DNA of 63,342 nt, counting the filler, from Octopus bimaculoides (taxonomy: Eukaryota): NCBI RefSeq assembly GCF_001194135.2. It is 8 parts of 7 records of this genome, joined end to end, with 100 filler letters (N's around TTAATTAATTAA, not from the genome) between each part and the next. Parts side by side here need not be neighbours in the genome. Positions count along the whole stretch, not along the records: positions 7,695 to 20,861 come from NC_068982.1; positions 20,962 to 25,646 come from NC_069010.1; 6 more parts are not named here. One strand, written 5' to 3'. The position numbers were made by a program, and so were the translations under genes. The notes beneath the pieces were generated by a model. That model was not told the origin of the DNA, searched no databases, and worked only from the letters and a program-made list of their open reading frames with translations. Positions 11,675 to 24,379 of the stretch are shown here, piece after piece (position 1 is the stretch's first letter; every line of letters starts with the position of its first letter).

Positions 11675-12920
11675 TTTAACAATCATCCAGATTATTCCAT
11701 TAAGAGTTTGTTAAATAGTCGGTAAAGGAAAGAGCTTCGTTTCCTTAGAATCTGGCATGGAATTTTATTAACTACAACATAATTAAAAAGTAACACACAC
11801 GGTCTGTTCTAGATTATTGGGCAGAAAAAAGCACTTTATTTTTACAACTAATGCCTCTATATATGGATTGACAATAAATCTAAGGAATATCATTTTAGAG
11901 TATTACTGAATATTCCATAAGACTTGTAACTCCTGGGCACATGAAGCGTTTGGCATAACTGACTCCTCTAATTAGAGTCTCAGTTCATCTGTTGAGCTTC
12001 GAAAGATATTTCTTATAATCATTTGCACTTATTGGAGTTGGCGTGATCCAAGAATGATGCAGAATGCATTTGTCCAGAGCATGGTTTGATGGAATTTAGG
12101 ACATCATCAGTACGAGGAGAAAATCATATCCATATCTCGCACGATGCACAGTCCGGTTGTTATAAATATAGACATCCACTATAATAATATTCGAGTATTT
12201 TTCTCCGTCACATCATATGACTGAGAAAGGAAGGAGTGATAGATGAATATGGAGGGGAGGAAAAAAATCAGAGTTTCAACACTGCGTGAGTATATATGGG
12301 TGTATGTAAAAGGGATGTATGTTAATGTGTGTATGTGTGTGTGTATTTGTGTGTGTGTGTGTGTATGTGAGTGTGTGTGTGTGCGTGCGTGCGTGCAATG
12401 GAAGTGGGATGGTAGACATTCAACGCTGAAAAGAAAAATATCAAACAGCGTTTGAACCCTGTGTATTTGGTATTTACTGGCCAGCTCTCGCATTTAGTCA
12501 CGGCCAGCTTTGTGTGGCCTTATGTCATACAAGAAGGAAAACTTTAAAATTCTTTTGAAGGAAACAAGCAGTCAAGGGATGTAAGTTCTGGATAGATTTT
12601 TAGCAAAAGAAAAATTAGAAATAAAAAGAATTATTAAACTAAAAACTTGCTTTTGTGCCTTATTTATATATAAAATACTGCAATTAACCATCATTTTTGA
12701 CGGCACGGGTTCACCTAGTAATCTAAATAAGCATTTCTATCTTTAGATACTCTCGTTAAAATAACCCGTCAATTGTAGTGTGGAAATAACACAGTTTATG
12801 CTAAAATAATAGAAAGAAAGGTAGTTTATCATGTTTTGCCGCTGTATTTTGAAATCGTTTAACTATGGTCCACTCATGAAATCTTTAATGAAAAGTCAAT
12901 CGATTGTTTGTATATAAAAT

Positions 12921-13296
12921 GTTGTTGGCACTCCGTCGTTTACGACGTCGTGGGTTCCAGTTGATCCGATCAACGGAACAGCCTGCTCGTGAAATTAACG
13001 TGCAAGTGGCTGAGCACTCCACAGACACGTATACCCTTAACGTAGTTCTCGGGGATATTCAGTGTGACACAGTGTGACAAGGCTGGCCCTTTGAATTACA
13101 GGCACAACAGAAACAAGAAGTAAGAGTGAGAGAAAGTTGTGGTGAAAGAGTACAGCAGGGTTCGCCACCATCTCCTGCTGGAGCTTTTAGGTGTTTTCGC
13201 TCAATAAACACTCACAACGCCCAGTCTGGGAATCGAAACCGCGATCCTATGACCACGAGTCCGCTGCCCTAACCACTGGGCCATTGCGCCTCCGCC
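12921..13296 (-). mobile_element. Full-length tRNA-derived SINE family A (resembles described octopus OR/OK SINEs)
   Basis: Box A TGGCCCAGTGG, box B GGTTTCGATTCC, short (CAA) tail; 11-bp TSD GTATATAAAAT at 12910-12920 and 13297-13307. Confidence 0.9.
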
Positions 13297-13349
13297 GTAT
13301 ATAAAATATATCATACAGAATTATGTACAAATTATGTAGGCAGTTGCAA

Positions 13350-14420
13350 TGAAATTTAGTTGGATATTATGCATCAGATTTATTGAAATTTTCCTTGGCA
13401 GGGAAGATACAAGGTATTGAATACAACCTGCTTGTATTCGTGGTAAATATATTTTTTGTGTAGTTCAACTGATTAATTCTTTTATCGGTGTTTCTGTATC
13501 TACCATGCTGCTAGCTTTTTCTTAATCAGATTGTCTTTTAACTTATTCGCACATGGATTTTTTCCTGCTATATCCTAGTGCAGAATAGAAATTTGTTGTG
13601 CATGCTGTCAGCATATTTATATTCGTGTCCAATAAACTATAGTATTTCAGTTTCTTGTAATTGTTTCATTGACTCTCAACTGATGTGTAGCGCCCCAACG
13701 TTTTTATATTCTCTGCATACTGTAAGATAAAGTTTGCAGTTCTGTAGTTTTGGTAGTTCAGTGTTCCGTCAATATTAGGGATCAAGATCGTTGTCATTTC
13801 GATGCGTTATGTATGTGTTGCTTCTATACTTTTTCAGTTGACCAGAAATACATATGGAAATAAATTTTGTATAAGTGGTTAAGTATTTTGGTCACAAGAG
13901 TAGAAGTGTGGAAAAATCATTTCTTTGCCCCTTCCACATTTTCAGCTGTAAAATGTCAGTGCAAATAGTTTTGTTGTTATTGCCTCCAACGATTTACAAG
14001 TGTTGCGATGCTTGCTTTGAATATTATATTATCTTCAGTGGCAATCCGTTTGTTTTACATACTCCACAATTCTTTTGCTTTTATTGCTGCTGTTAGGGTG
14101 TTGGTTTCATTTTGATTTTTACCTAGATTTTGGTAAAATTGCTTTGTATTGGAGTTGAATTGTTTGACGATGTTTATTGCTAATCTTTCCTTGAGATTCT
14201 GGAATGAATGTCTCTTTAAGGAGTTCTTTGTATCGGGTACTTCGTTTTGATGTTGCATTTATGTGCTACTTGTTTTTCATTTTATGCCATTTCTGTATTT
14301 TCATTGTTGAATTGCTAACGGATTAAGAGAGATTTTTCTGTATTTTCCTGTATTTCTCAGTATAATTGTTTTCCACGTCGTTTGTATAAGTTTAATATAT
14401 TCCTGTAGGATAAAGTTTAA
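13350..14420 (-). mobile_element. Old degenerate R4/Dong-clade LINE fragment
   Basis: KQFNSNTKQFYQNLGKNQ...KELWSM and TTILIP...NYQNYR resemble the pre-RT and RT0/1 regions of the neighbouring Dong copies; boundaries approximate. Confidence 0.55.
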
Positions 14421-14789
14421 GGAAGTCCCTATTTACCTTGTGTCGACTGTTACTGCAGCATATATAATTGCATTTATCAGAATTACATCGATTGCGATAA
14501 CTTTCTTGCTATTTTTCATAGAATTTTATTGATTTATAGGAAGATCTATGGGTTATAATTTTCAACTATATATCTATATCTATATTATTTGCATATTCGG
14601 AAAAATGAATATGTTTATAATGCTTTGTCTGTTGGTTGTTTAAAAGGAAAGTAAAATAATAATATTTATTTCCTTATTTTTTCCATAGGTGCCTTCTCAA
14701 TATGTAACAAGTGAAAAAATGTGTGAGGATGTGCATTCTTATTTCTATAAAAACTAGTGACAGGCAAACTCCTTATACAATATACTGTA

Positions 14790-16357
14790 TAACATTAAAG
14801 ACGGTGATATCAATACATATTTAATGACATAAGTGATGACAAATCCGTCCAGTCTACATTAGGCTATCCAGTTCTGCCTCAGTTTTGTGAATAGCTTCAG
14901 GTCGTCCAAAAATAGCAAGTGGTTCAGTTTCCCTTACTTCTTTCCAGATAATACCCCATTTTTGTTTTCTGTAGTATTTCATTGAAGGGGTCATACCCAT
15001 CACGAAGATCGGTGGGGACACATTGTCCCCTTGGAAGATTTCTTTCTTTATTTTCACCTCTCCTGATACTTGCTTCCAAGCTGTCAATTCCGTTCTCCAG
15101 CATTTCATGCTGCTTCATATAAGGCTTCTCATATTTTCTGCTACTCCATACAGTTCCATTGTTCTTCTTAGCCAGGAGTGTGGTATCAAATCGTATGTTT
15201 TGAGGTAGTAAACCCATGCCATGCTTATGTTTGTATGTCTTCTCTTGCAGTTCCTGATATTTAGATTATTAATTACGACGTTATCCCTCGTTCCCCGGCT
15301 CCTTTTTCGGCACCCTTTCTTTTCAATGGGTAGCGGCCCACTTTTTTCCAAGTATCTGTACAGTTCACCCACCAAAGCACGTGAAACTAGTTTCCACATT
15401 AGCGGAAGGGATGTTATCGGTCAAAAGTTGGATGCAATATTTCCCTTGTCAGGATCCTTGACGCATAACGTTGTCTTTCCCTTTGTCATCCAGCTGGGTA
15501 CTGCACCTTCCTGCAAGCACTCATTTAGCTGTTGTACTATTCTTTCATGGAGCCCTCTCAGCTTCTTCATCCAATTACCTTGGATCCCATCCAGTTCTAG
15601 GCTCTTCTAATTTGGGAATTAAAATTTTAAACTGCTTTTCTATTATTTCTGTAGTTATCTTCATGTCCTCTTGGACTTCAATATTTCTTAACCTATTTTG
15701 AATTTCATGCAGCCACTCCACTTCATCATTATGCTCTACAAGGTGGTCCCAGAACCCTCTCCATGCTACCTTGCTTTCATCTGCATCTGGTGTCAGTGAT
15801 ACGTGTATCTGCCCATCTATTTCCTGAAACAGCTTCTGATTTGATTCAAACAATCTCTTTCGCTTGAACTGTCTTTTTCCAGTTTTGCTTTGATTGCTAC
15901 TGCTCTTTGCCCCACTTCTTCCAATATCACATCATAACCTTTATCTCTTATTCTATGTTCTTTCCAGCGTTATTCATATGCTTCCGTGGTGCAATTCCCC
16001 TCTTATCAATCTATCAACTTGTCCTAACTGTCTTTTACACTTTGTTTCTCACAAATTCGTCTACGCCAGAAGGGTTCTTTACGTTTTGTTTGTTCTTTCT
16101 TTTGTATCCAACTCTATCTGCATGACCATAGCTGAAGCCCAAATAATCTTGTTAGTTTCAGTTATATTTTTGTCTGGAATAGTCTAAGAACCAAATCTGT
16201 CTTTTGGGTTTCAACTTCGATCAATGCACCTCAGGTTGATGTGGAGTGCTTGACCATGGTCTTCTCTAATATATCAGCACAGCGTCTTCATTTGTGTCTT
16301 GTTGGTCATCATCGTATTCTTGTCATAACCTCTTCCTATCATTTATGCTTCAGTTGC
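14790..16357 (-). mobile_element. R4/Dong-clade non-LTR retrotransposon, RT-region pseudogene
   Basis: MFESNQKLFQEIDG...FWDHLVEHN, KGCRKRSRGTRD...AWVYYLKTYDLIPHSWL, EIFQGDNVSP; frameshifted; 5' end abuts (ATT)n; 3' end lost. Confidence 0.85.
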
Positions 16358-16374
16358 TTATTATTATTATTATG

Positions 16375-16446
<72 letters not shown>
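16358..16446. repeat. (ATT)n/(AAT)n microsatellite between two Dong elements
   Basis: About 29 triplets, near-perfect. Confidence 0.95.
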
Positions 16447-17192
16447 GTTCAGTAGTTTTATTTTTATAACGTGCTTTCACTTCACTACCGAGCGCAGCTC
16501 TGTGCGCCTTGGGTATGTGCTGTGGTTTGCTGTGGTGCTCTTATGGTTACTGTATTGAAAGTGTTTTGCGTAGGATGTGTGCAGTGCCCAGTAGTGCAAT
16601 TTTCTGTATGTTATACATATTTGTAAGTCCTGGTGTTTTTGNNNNNNNNNNNNNNNNNNNNNNNNNNNNNNNNNNNNNNNNNNNNNNNNNNNNNNNNNNN
16701 NNNNNNNNNNNNNNNNNNNNNNNNNNNNNNNNNNNNNNNNNNNNNNNNNNNNNNNNNNNNNNNNNNNNNNNNNNNNNNNNNNNNNNNNNNNNNNNNNNNN
16801 NNNNNNNNNNNNNNNNNNNNNNNNNNNNNNNNNNNNNNNNNNNNNNNNNNNNNNNNNNNNNNNNNNNNNNNNNNNNNNNNNNNNNNNNNNNNNNNNNNNN
16901 NNNNNNNNNNNNNNNNNNNNNNNNNNNNNNNNNNNNNNNNNNNNNNNNNNNNNNNNNNNNNNNNNNNNNNNNNTATCCCAGAGTATGGTTGCTTTCTCGT
17001 TTTCTGTGACCTTTTCTGGCGTGTGTTTATACCATCTTTTTTCTGTTGTTATTCCATAGTGTTGGCAGTGTATATAGGTCCCAGTTCTGTCGTGTCTGTG
17101 AATATATTCCTTCTTAGTCAGGACTGGGCAGCCAGAGATAATATGATTTATGGTTTCTTGTCCATCTCCACTTATTCTATAGTTACTTGTTA
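16447..17192 (-). mobile_element. 5'-truncated young Dong/R4 LINE copy (CCHC knuckle + REL domain + 3' UTR)
   Basis: ETINHIISGCPVL..EYIHRHD..KHTPEKVTENEKATILWD; 3' end AAAACTACTGAAC then (AAT)n; (AAT)n also at the 5' junction; internal N gap. Confidence 0.9.
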
Positions 17193-17263
17193 TATTATTA
17201 TTATTATTATTATTATTATTATCATTATTAAAGCAAGAAAAGAAGAGTACCATTGATATGAAG

Positions 17264-17304
17264 TGAACGATATTTCGGCATCTAGCATTCCTTCCACAGG
17301 TTCA
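17264..17304 (-). ncRNA. Minimal hammerhead-like motif
   Basis: TGAAC-CTGTGGA-A-GGAAT(GCTAG)ATGCC-GAAA-TATC-GTTCA: perfect 5-bp stem I, palindromic ATAT stem III, AUC site; A6U core change. Confidence 0.5.
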
Positions 17305-17339
17305 AAAAATAAATTTGTCAATCTACTACGTGTTTGGTA

Positions 17340-19990
17340 ATTATTTTGGTTTGGCACAAGTTTGGTCTTATTCCTGGTAGGATTTAGAAGGGTAGCGTGT
17401 TGCTACATGTAACCTTATGTATCCACGAGTTTTCTGCAGTCTTTCACTGGCTTAGAACTCTGCTGATAATCCTTTCTGTCCCTAAGTAATAAACATTCTG
17501 TAGGAGCTCTACCGAACATTCTACTTCAATCTCCTTCGGCCATTTGTTTCTATCTATGCTTATTGTTCCCAACGCACCATTTATTATAGGCACGACCTTT
17601 ACTATTCTCATGCTCCAAATTCTTCATATTTAAAATTTTAAGCGATTGTATTTTCTTTCTCTTTGCTCATTCTTTACGATCCTGGAATCAAACGGGCACG
17701 ACGGGCCGATAAATAAGCAACTTCGCTTTTCTTTGTCTATAATCGTTACGTTTGGCCTATTCTTTTTTTAATTTCTTACCCGTTTGAATAGGAAAGTCGC
17801 ACAAAATCTTACATTTCTTCGACTCGAGTACTCTTTCGACTCGATGATTGTACTATGTGTTTCCAGTTTTAAATCTCTACTAAATTAGGCTTTCTAGCTT
17901 CTATTATTCTGTCGGTTTCACTGTTTAGGTCCCACCACATCTTGTATTTCTTACTTTCTAGTACTTTACTAGGTTCATGTCAGATTCTAATATTCCTAGA
18001 TACTTATACCTCTCTCCTTTTTTTAATGACTGTAATGCCTGGCCATCTGGTAATTGGATGCTTTCACTGTTGTCTACATTTCCCCTTTTTCATGACTAAT
18101 ATTGCACACTTATCAAATTCTATTCCTATATCTTTGCTGAAGAGTCTTACAGTCTGTATTAAGGAATCCATCTATTTTTCGCTCTTACTAAAAAGCTTGA
18201 GATCATGCATGTAGAGGAAATGGTTAATTTTTCAATTACTATTTCAAAACTGATAACCAACCTGTGCCTTCCTTAATACTAAACTGAGGGGGATCAAGCA
18301 TAAGACAAATATTAAAGGGGTAACGACTCTCCTTGGAAAATTTCTCTCGATATTAACCTTCCCTAACACTACTGTGTCGCCTGAGTAGAGATTTGTTTTC
18401 CATTTCTTCATCTTAAAGCTAATTAATTCTCTTATGTTATCTGATATACTGAATATACTCAAACATTCATTTATCCATGAATGTGGAATCATGTCATAGG
18501 CTTTTTTCTAATCTATCCATGCTATTGTTACAGTTTTCTTTCTAGCATTTACTTCATTTAGAACTGCTTTGTCTATATATAATAAATCATGCGTTCCTCT
18601 AGCCTAGCCTTCTTTCTGCCACCTTTCTGTTCTTCTGGCAGTAAATTCTGGTTGTCAAGGTGCTCGTAAATTCTTTCTGAAAGCATTCCTGTTAGCAGCT
18701 TCCACACTAAAAGTAAGCAAGTGATAAGTCTATAATTGCTAGTCGTATTACCCTTCATTTTATCTCTCATAAAAAAGTATTCGTCTCCCTCTAATCATCC
18801 AATCTGTTATTATTCCTCCATTCAGACAATCCTGAAGTTGTTCCTTCAGCCTCCCCTGTAAACTACTAAATTTCTTTAACCAGTATCCTTGAACTAAATC
18901 TGGTTCTGGCCCCTTCCGTTTCGACAGTTACCCTAACACTTAACTCATTAATACATTAGTTAATCTTAGATCTGACTGCTTCTCACTCACTACTTCTTCC
19001 CTCACTTTCTTTTACCATACTGCATCTCCATTATAATTGACTGGCATACCCAAAATATTACTCCAGAACTTCCTAGCTTCTTCTGCATTAGGTATCTCAT
19101 CTTCAGCACTTTCTTCTTCCCCATTTATTTGGTTATAAATTCTCCTTTGCTCTGTCTCAAATAATCTATTCTGTTGATACTGATCTCTTTTTCTGATATC
19201 TGGAAAGCTTACCTGCTACTGCTATGATACGCTGTTTCAACTCTTCTACTACTGTCCTAAATCCTTTCTCTTTGACTAAATATATTTTCTCCAGATAAGA
19301 TTTGCATCTTGTGTTTCCTAACTTGTTCAGTTACTAGGCTTTTATTCTACTCAGATCTTGTTTTAAAGTTTTCACTATATTTTGTAACCTCCTTTTCCAC
19401 ATTTGCTCTTTTATAATCTTTCTTTGTTGAATATCTAATCTTCTAGCTCAACTACATCTCCTGCATAGATCATTAAGTTAGTGTCTCCTATATTTTTAGT
19501 ATCTTTCTTAATGATAACAAAATCTACTTTCCTAGTCATATCTAGCAGCTTCCTTCTGTTGGTACCTTTTAATGCTGGCGATCTTTTTCTTACTTTTTTA
19601 ATCATTACGTCTTGCAACTCATCTAATATTTTCTGGTCTTTCTCACTTAAATCATTTAAATTACTGGTGCCAGTTCTCCCATCCTTATTGGCAGTGGTAT
19701 TATTTCTTTACTTTAAGTTCTTCCATATTTTGAGTTGTATCTCTTATGTTGTTGTCTGTCTTTCCTATTGCCTGGTCTTTCTTTCCCAGCTTTTTTTTAT
19801 TTCTTCCACCTCCAATTCTGTCTTAATAGCATTAGCTTGATCTACTAGTTTCTGCTCAGTCATTTTCAACATACCCATCTCTACCCAAAGTGTTAACATC
19901 CGTTTCCTATAACTCCTTCTTTTAGGTTCGCTTTCTAGATCCCGTTTTCTTCGCTGGTCTACTTCCTCTTCCTTACTCTATTATCTGCTG
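17340..19990 (-). mobile_element. Near full-length, internally deleted R4/Dong-clade LINE
   Basis: N-terminal YRKRMLTLWVEMG..TEQKLVDQANAI; RT NYRLITCL..EQKG, YDMIPHSWI, YKYLGILESD joined at about 17970 directly to REL KKYKMWWDL..TDRIIEARKP; RIWSMRIVKVVPII.GALG. Confidence 0.85.
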
Positions 19991-20861
19991 CTGGTGTCTT
20001 AGGATAACAACTGTGGTCAGTCTGCATCTTTACTGAACCACTGCTGAGCGAGAGACTTTCTGATTTTCATTGTTACAACCACAGCTTCTTGATAAACACT
20101 TGTCTCTCATAAACTGAGGTAAGGTAACGTTCGTCACCATCTTATATTTTTCAGCATTTGATAGTTTCAGGTAAATTTCTAGTACATCGCTAGCTGCACT
20201 TTTGTGCTGGTGTGGTGTGAGTTTCATTTTTTTTTACCTTTGGGAATATTGTATTGCATCACTATGATTTGTTATGGGGTCTGGCTTGAGTCTTTTGTTG
20301 TATTAGTGTTTTTATTGTGAGTTGTTTGTTCAACGCAGGTCATGTTCTTCTATTGGGTATCGGACCTCTATGGCAGATGCTGTGAGTTTTGTTCAGTTTA
20401 TTGGGTGTTTACTGTATGAGTTTCTTCGCATATGTTTTTAAAGGAGTGATCCATAGTAGTGTGTGTAAATCATAAATCAAACATTTCATAGTATCCATGG
20501 TTATCTATCCATCGTTTTCTTTTTTTTTTTTTTGTTTTGTTTTGGCTGGCTTTGATATGGGTCAGGCTTTACAGCGTTTACTTGCTAGCAGAACACCGCC
20601 CATGGACATGTGTTGATCTTTCTTTCGTATCTATAGTTATTATTGATGTATAAGCGAGAGATCGGGAATAGACAGAAATGTGCATATATATAGAGGGATT
20701 GTATAGATATGAATGCATGCATATGTAATTAATATGTGATTAAAATTTTACTCACACGTTTGCAGTTTTCGTAAAGAGGTATTGCAGGTTCATGTGTTTA
20801 CATTTTCACGCACTTGTTACTGGGGCGGCGCATCTGAGGGAAGCTAGTGTATATATATATA

Positions 20862-20961
20862 NNNNNNNNNNNNNNNNNNNNNNNNNNNNNNNNNNNNNNN
20901 NNNNNTTAATTAATTAANNNNNNNNNNNNNNNNNNNNNNNNNNNNNNNNNNNNNNNNNNNN
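20862..20961. other. Assembly join spacer
   Basis: TTAATTAATTAA at 20906-20917 flanked by 44 N each side. Confidence 0.95.
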
Positions 20962-21026
20962 CGGGGACATAAACACACCAGCATCGGTTGTCAAGCGATG
21001 TTGTGGGGACAAACACAGACACACAA

Positions 21027-21069
<43 letters not shown>

Positions 21070-21235
21070 TATGATGGGCTTCTTTCAGTTTCTGTCTACC
21101 AAATCCACTCACAAGGTTTTGGTCAGCCCGAGGCTATAGTAGAAGACACTTGCCCAAGGTGTCACGCAGTGGGACTGAACCTCGGACCATGTGGTTGGTA
21201 AGCAAGCTACTTACCACACAGCCACTCCTACGCCT
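21070..21235 (-). mobile_element. SINE family B (CORE-like CCTTGGGCAAGTGTCTT), partial
   Basis: Reverse copy of the 24182 head; further copies near 4255, 22626, 27275, 40590, 42950, 46865 and 47355. Confidence 0.8.
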
Positions 21236-21239
21236 ATAT

Positions 21240-21355
21240 GTGAGTGTTTATTTTTAAAATGACATTGTAAGGTAGGTGTGAGAGGCAGGATCTGGCCAGT
21301 TTGAACATAAAACAGAATATTCTGATTGGGTAAGACTGGTTTAAATACTAAAGGG
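21240..21355 (-). mobile_element. piggyBac-type MITE, partial
   Basis: Ends CTAAAGGG|TTAA; homologous to 21539-21758 and 22830-23038. Confidence 0.65.
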
Positions 21356-21538
21356 TTAAATGTTGAATTTAAAAAAAAAATACGTCTGATTGACAGGACA
21401 AGATCTAACAATCCACTGGGATGTGCCAGATCATGATGTCAGTTTTAGTCTGGTTTCTATGGACGGTAGCCGATCTTAAAAAAAAAAAAAAAACATCAGA
21501 AAGTAGCTGTCCTAACATATTACCATTTTTAGCATTAA

Positions 21539-21758
21539 CCCTTTGGTGTTTAAGCCGGCCATATCCGGCCCAAATATCCTGGCCATTTACATTCAAACTG
21601 GCCATATCTAGCCTCTCACACCTAACCTACATTGACAGTCTAAGAATAAACTATCACACCGTCGAAACTTCAAACCTGTAAGATAATGTATGATTAATTC
21701 AAAACAATTTGAGTGAAAAAAGTATTACATTTAACAGATTAATCTGAACACTAAAGGG
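21539..21758 (+). mobile_element. piggyBac-type MITE (220 bp)
   Basis: TTAA|CCCTTTGG ... CTAAAGGG|TTAA: TTAA TSDs (21535-38, 21759-62) and CCCTTT TIRs. Confidence 0.8.
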
Positions 21759-22829
21759 TTAAATGCTAGTTTTTAAAATANNNNNNNNNNNNNNNNNNNN
21801 NNNNNNNNNNNNNNNNNNNNNNNNNNNNNNNNNNNNNNNNNNNNNNNNNNNNNNNNNNNNNNNNNNNNNNNNNNNNNNNNNNNNNNNNNNNNNNNNNNNN
21901 NNNNNNNNNNNNNNNNNNNNNNNNNNNNNNNNNNNNNNNNNNNNNNNNNNNNNNNNNNNNNNNNNNNNNNNNNNNNNNNNNNNNNNNNNNNNNNNNNNNN
22001 NNNNNNNNNNNNNNNNNNNNNNNNNNNNNNNNNNNNNNNNNNNNNNNNNNNNNNNNNNNNNNNNNNNNNNNNNNNNNNNNNNNNNNNNNNNNNNNNNNNN
22101 NNNNNNNNNNNNNNNNNNNNNNNNNNNNNNNNNNNNNNNNNNNNNNNNNNNNNNNNNNNNNNNNNNNNNNNNNNNNNNNNNNNNNNNNNNNNNNNNNNNN
22201 NNNNNNNNNNNNNNNNNNNNNNNNNNNNNNNNNNNNNNNNNNNNNNNNNNNNNNNNNNNNNNNNNNNNNNNNNNNNNNNNNNNNNNNNNNNNNNNNNNNN
22301 NNNNNNNNNNNNNNNNNNNNNNNNNNNNNNNNNNCAGCTCGCCGACTTCTCTCACTTTTCTGTCTACCAAATCCACTGACAAAGATTTGCTCAGCCAGGG
22401 ACCGAACCTGGGACCTGTACCTATAGTATAAGTGTATATACATGTGGTGGTGGTGGGGGGGGGGATGGCAGTGAAGGGTGCATTCATGGCAGAATGATAA
22501 AAGGAGTTGTCTCTGTAATCGTGACTGCTGCAGGTTTTATCTCGCTTAAAAAACAAGTGCCCGCTAACATTGCTTTGGGGCAACCCAGACCTTTGACACC
22601 ACCATCATCATCATCATCATCATCATAGGCACAGGTATGGCCGTGTGGTTAAGGAGCTTGCTTAGCACCACTTGGTTTTGAGTTCAGTCCCACTGTACAG
22701 CAAGTGTCTTCTGCTATTGTCTGTGGTTGCCAGGATTTGAACTCAGAATGTAAAGAGCTGGAAGACATGTACTAAGTGTTTTTATCCGATACACTAACGA
22801 ATCTCTCTGCTCATTACATTAGTATTTAA

Positions 22830-23038
22830 CCCTTTAGCGTTCAAATTAATATGTCAAAAGTAATCCTTATTGATTTACATTTTAAAAAATTAATCTGGTA
22901 TTATCTTGTAGCTTCAAGATTTGAAAGTTGTAATTGTTTATTTTTAGAATGGCATTGCAGGGTAGGTGTGAGATACTGGTTCTGGCCAGTTTTAGCAGAA
23001 TATTTGGGCCGGATATAGCCGGTTTAAACACTAAAGGG
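22830..23038 (-). mobile_element. piggyBac-type MITE (209 bp), inverted relative to 21539
   Basis: TTAA|CCCTTTAG ... CTAAAGGG|TTAA; interior is the reverse complement of 21539-21758. Confidence 0.8.
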
Positions 23039-23127
23039 TTAATGTTATGAGTGCCTGTTCACCTTCGGTGACAAAAGTGTTCTTCCAAAGTTACTCATAT
23101 TGGCAAAAGTATATTCCTAATGTGAAG

Positions 23128-23407
23128 GTGCATGGCTCAGTGGTTAGAGCGTCGGGCTTGCAATCATGTGGTAGTGAGTTCGGTTCCTGCACAAGACACT
23201 TTATTTCACGTTGCTCTTGTTCACTCAACTGTAGAAATGAGTTGTGATGTCACTGGTGCCAAGTTGTATCAGCCTTTGCCTTTGCCTTGAATAACACATC
23301 AGTGGTGTGGAGAGGGGGAGGCTGGTGTGCATGGGTGATTGCTAGTCTTCCATAAACAACCTTGCCTGGACTTGTGCCTTGGAAAGGAACTTTCTAGGTG
23401 CAATCCC
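23128..23407 (+). mobile_element. tRNA-derived SINE family D (Meta/V-domain-like centre)
   Basis: TGGCTCAGTGG box A, GAGTTCGGTTCC box B, CAAGACACTTTATTTCACGTTGCTC..TCAACTGTAGAAATGAG; reverse copies at about 23790-23880 and 48495-48690. Confidence 0.65.
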
Positions 23408-23972
23408 TTTCATATTGCTTAGGTCCTAGTCTTCTCTGAAACCTTCAACAAATGGATCAGAGGCCTTTACTGAATCATAGGCTTCCTTATAAGGCTAGTT
23501 TTCTGGATTCTTTGCTGGTGTCATGTAATAGCACCCATGCCAGTGCCACATTAAAAGCACCTGGCACATTCTGTAAAGTGGTTGACATTTGGAAGGGCAT
23601 CCTGCTCTAGAAACCAAGCCAAATTAGACGACTGGAGTTTGGTGCAGCTCTCCTGCTTGCTAGCTTTGGTTCAACCCATGCCAGCTTGGAAAACATGTTA
23701 AAGGATGATGATGGTGGTGATGATGAGGATGCTGATAATATGATCTCCCTTCCCTGGGTGGGTCACTGGTCTATCTCATGGATACTCTCCTTGTGCCAGC
23801 TGAATGGACAGGACCAACATGTAATGAAGTGTTTTGCTCAAGAACACAGTGCATTGCCTGGTCCAGGAATTGAAACCAATAAGCCACTCATCTCGTACAA
23901 TTATAACCTTAATTAGCAACAACCGGATATTTAATCGTTTAATTTTTATTTTTCCTCTCACTCTCTCACTAA

Positions 23973-24119
<147 letters not shown>

Positions 24120-24181
24120 TAAAGTATATTTTTGTTGACCTGCTGCATTAAGAAATACATATTAAGAAATGAAATAATAAA

Positions 24182-24336
24182 TGGCTGTGTGGTAAGTAGC
24201 TTGCTTACCAACCATATGGTTCCGGGTTCAGCCCCACTGCGTGGCACCTTGGGCAAGTGTCTTCTACTATAGCCTTGGGCCGACCAAAGCCTTGTGAGTT
24301 GATTTGGTAGACGGAAACTGAAAGAAGCCCGTCGTA

Positions 24337-24379
<43 letters not shown>

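Noticed and set aside
11900-12200. Minus-strand protein-like stretch (VDVYIYNNRTVHRARYGYDFLLV...) faintly recalling a glycosyltransferase DxD region
   Set aside because: Stops in every frame and no usable splice structure; similarity too weak to support without a search.
12522-12580. ATG...GGGAT|gtaagt as a possible first UBE2T exon (MSYKKENFKILLKETSSQG)
   Set aside because: No convincing similarity to the UBE2T N-terminus, and it is on a different assembly segment.
20339-20381. Small exon-like segment (cag|GTCATG...GATGCT|gtgagt)
   Set aside because: No recognisable peptide and no partner exon; such motifs are expected by chance at this length.
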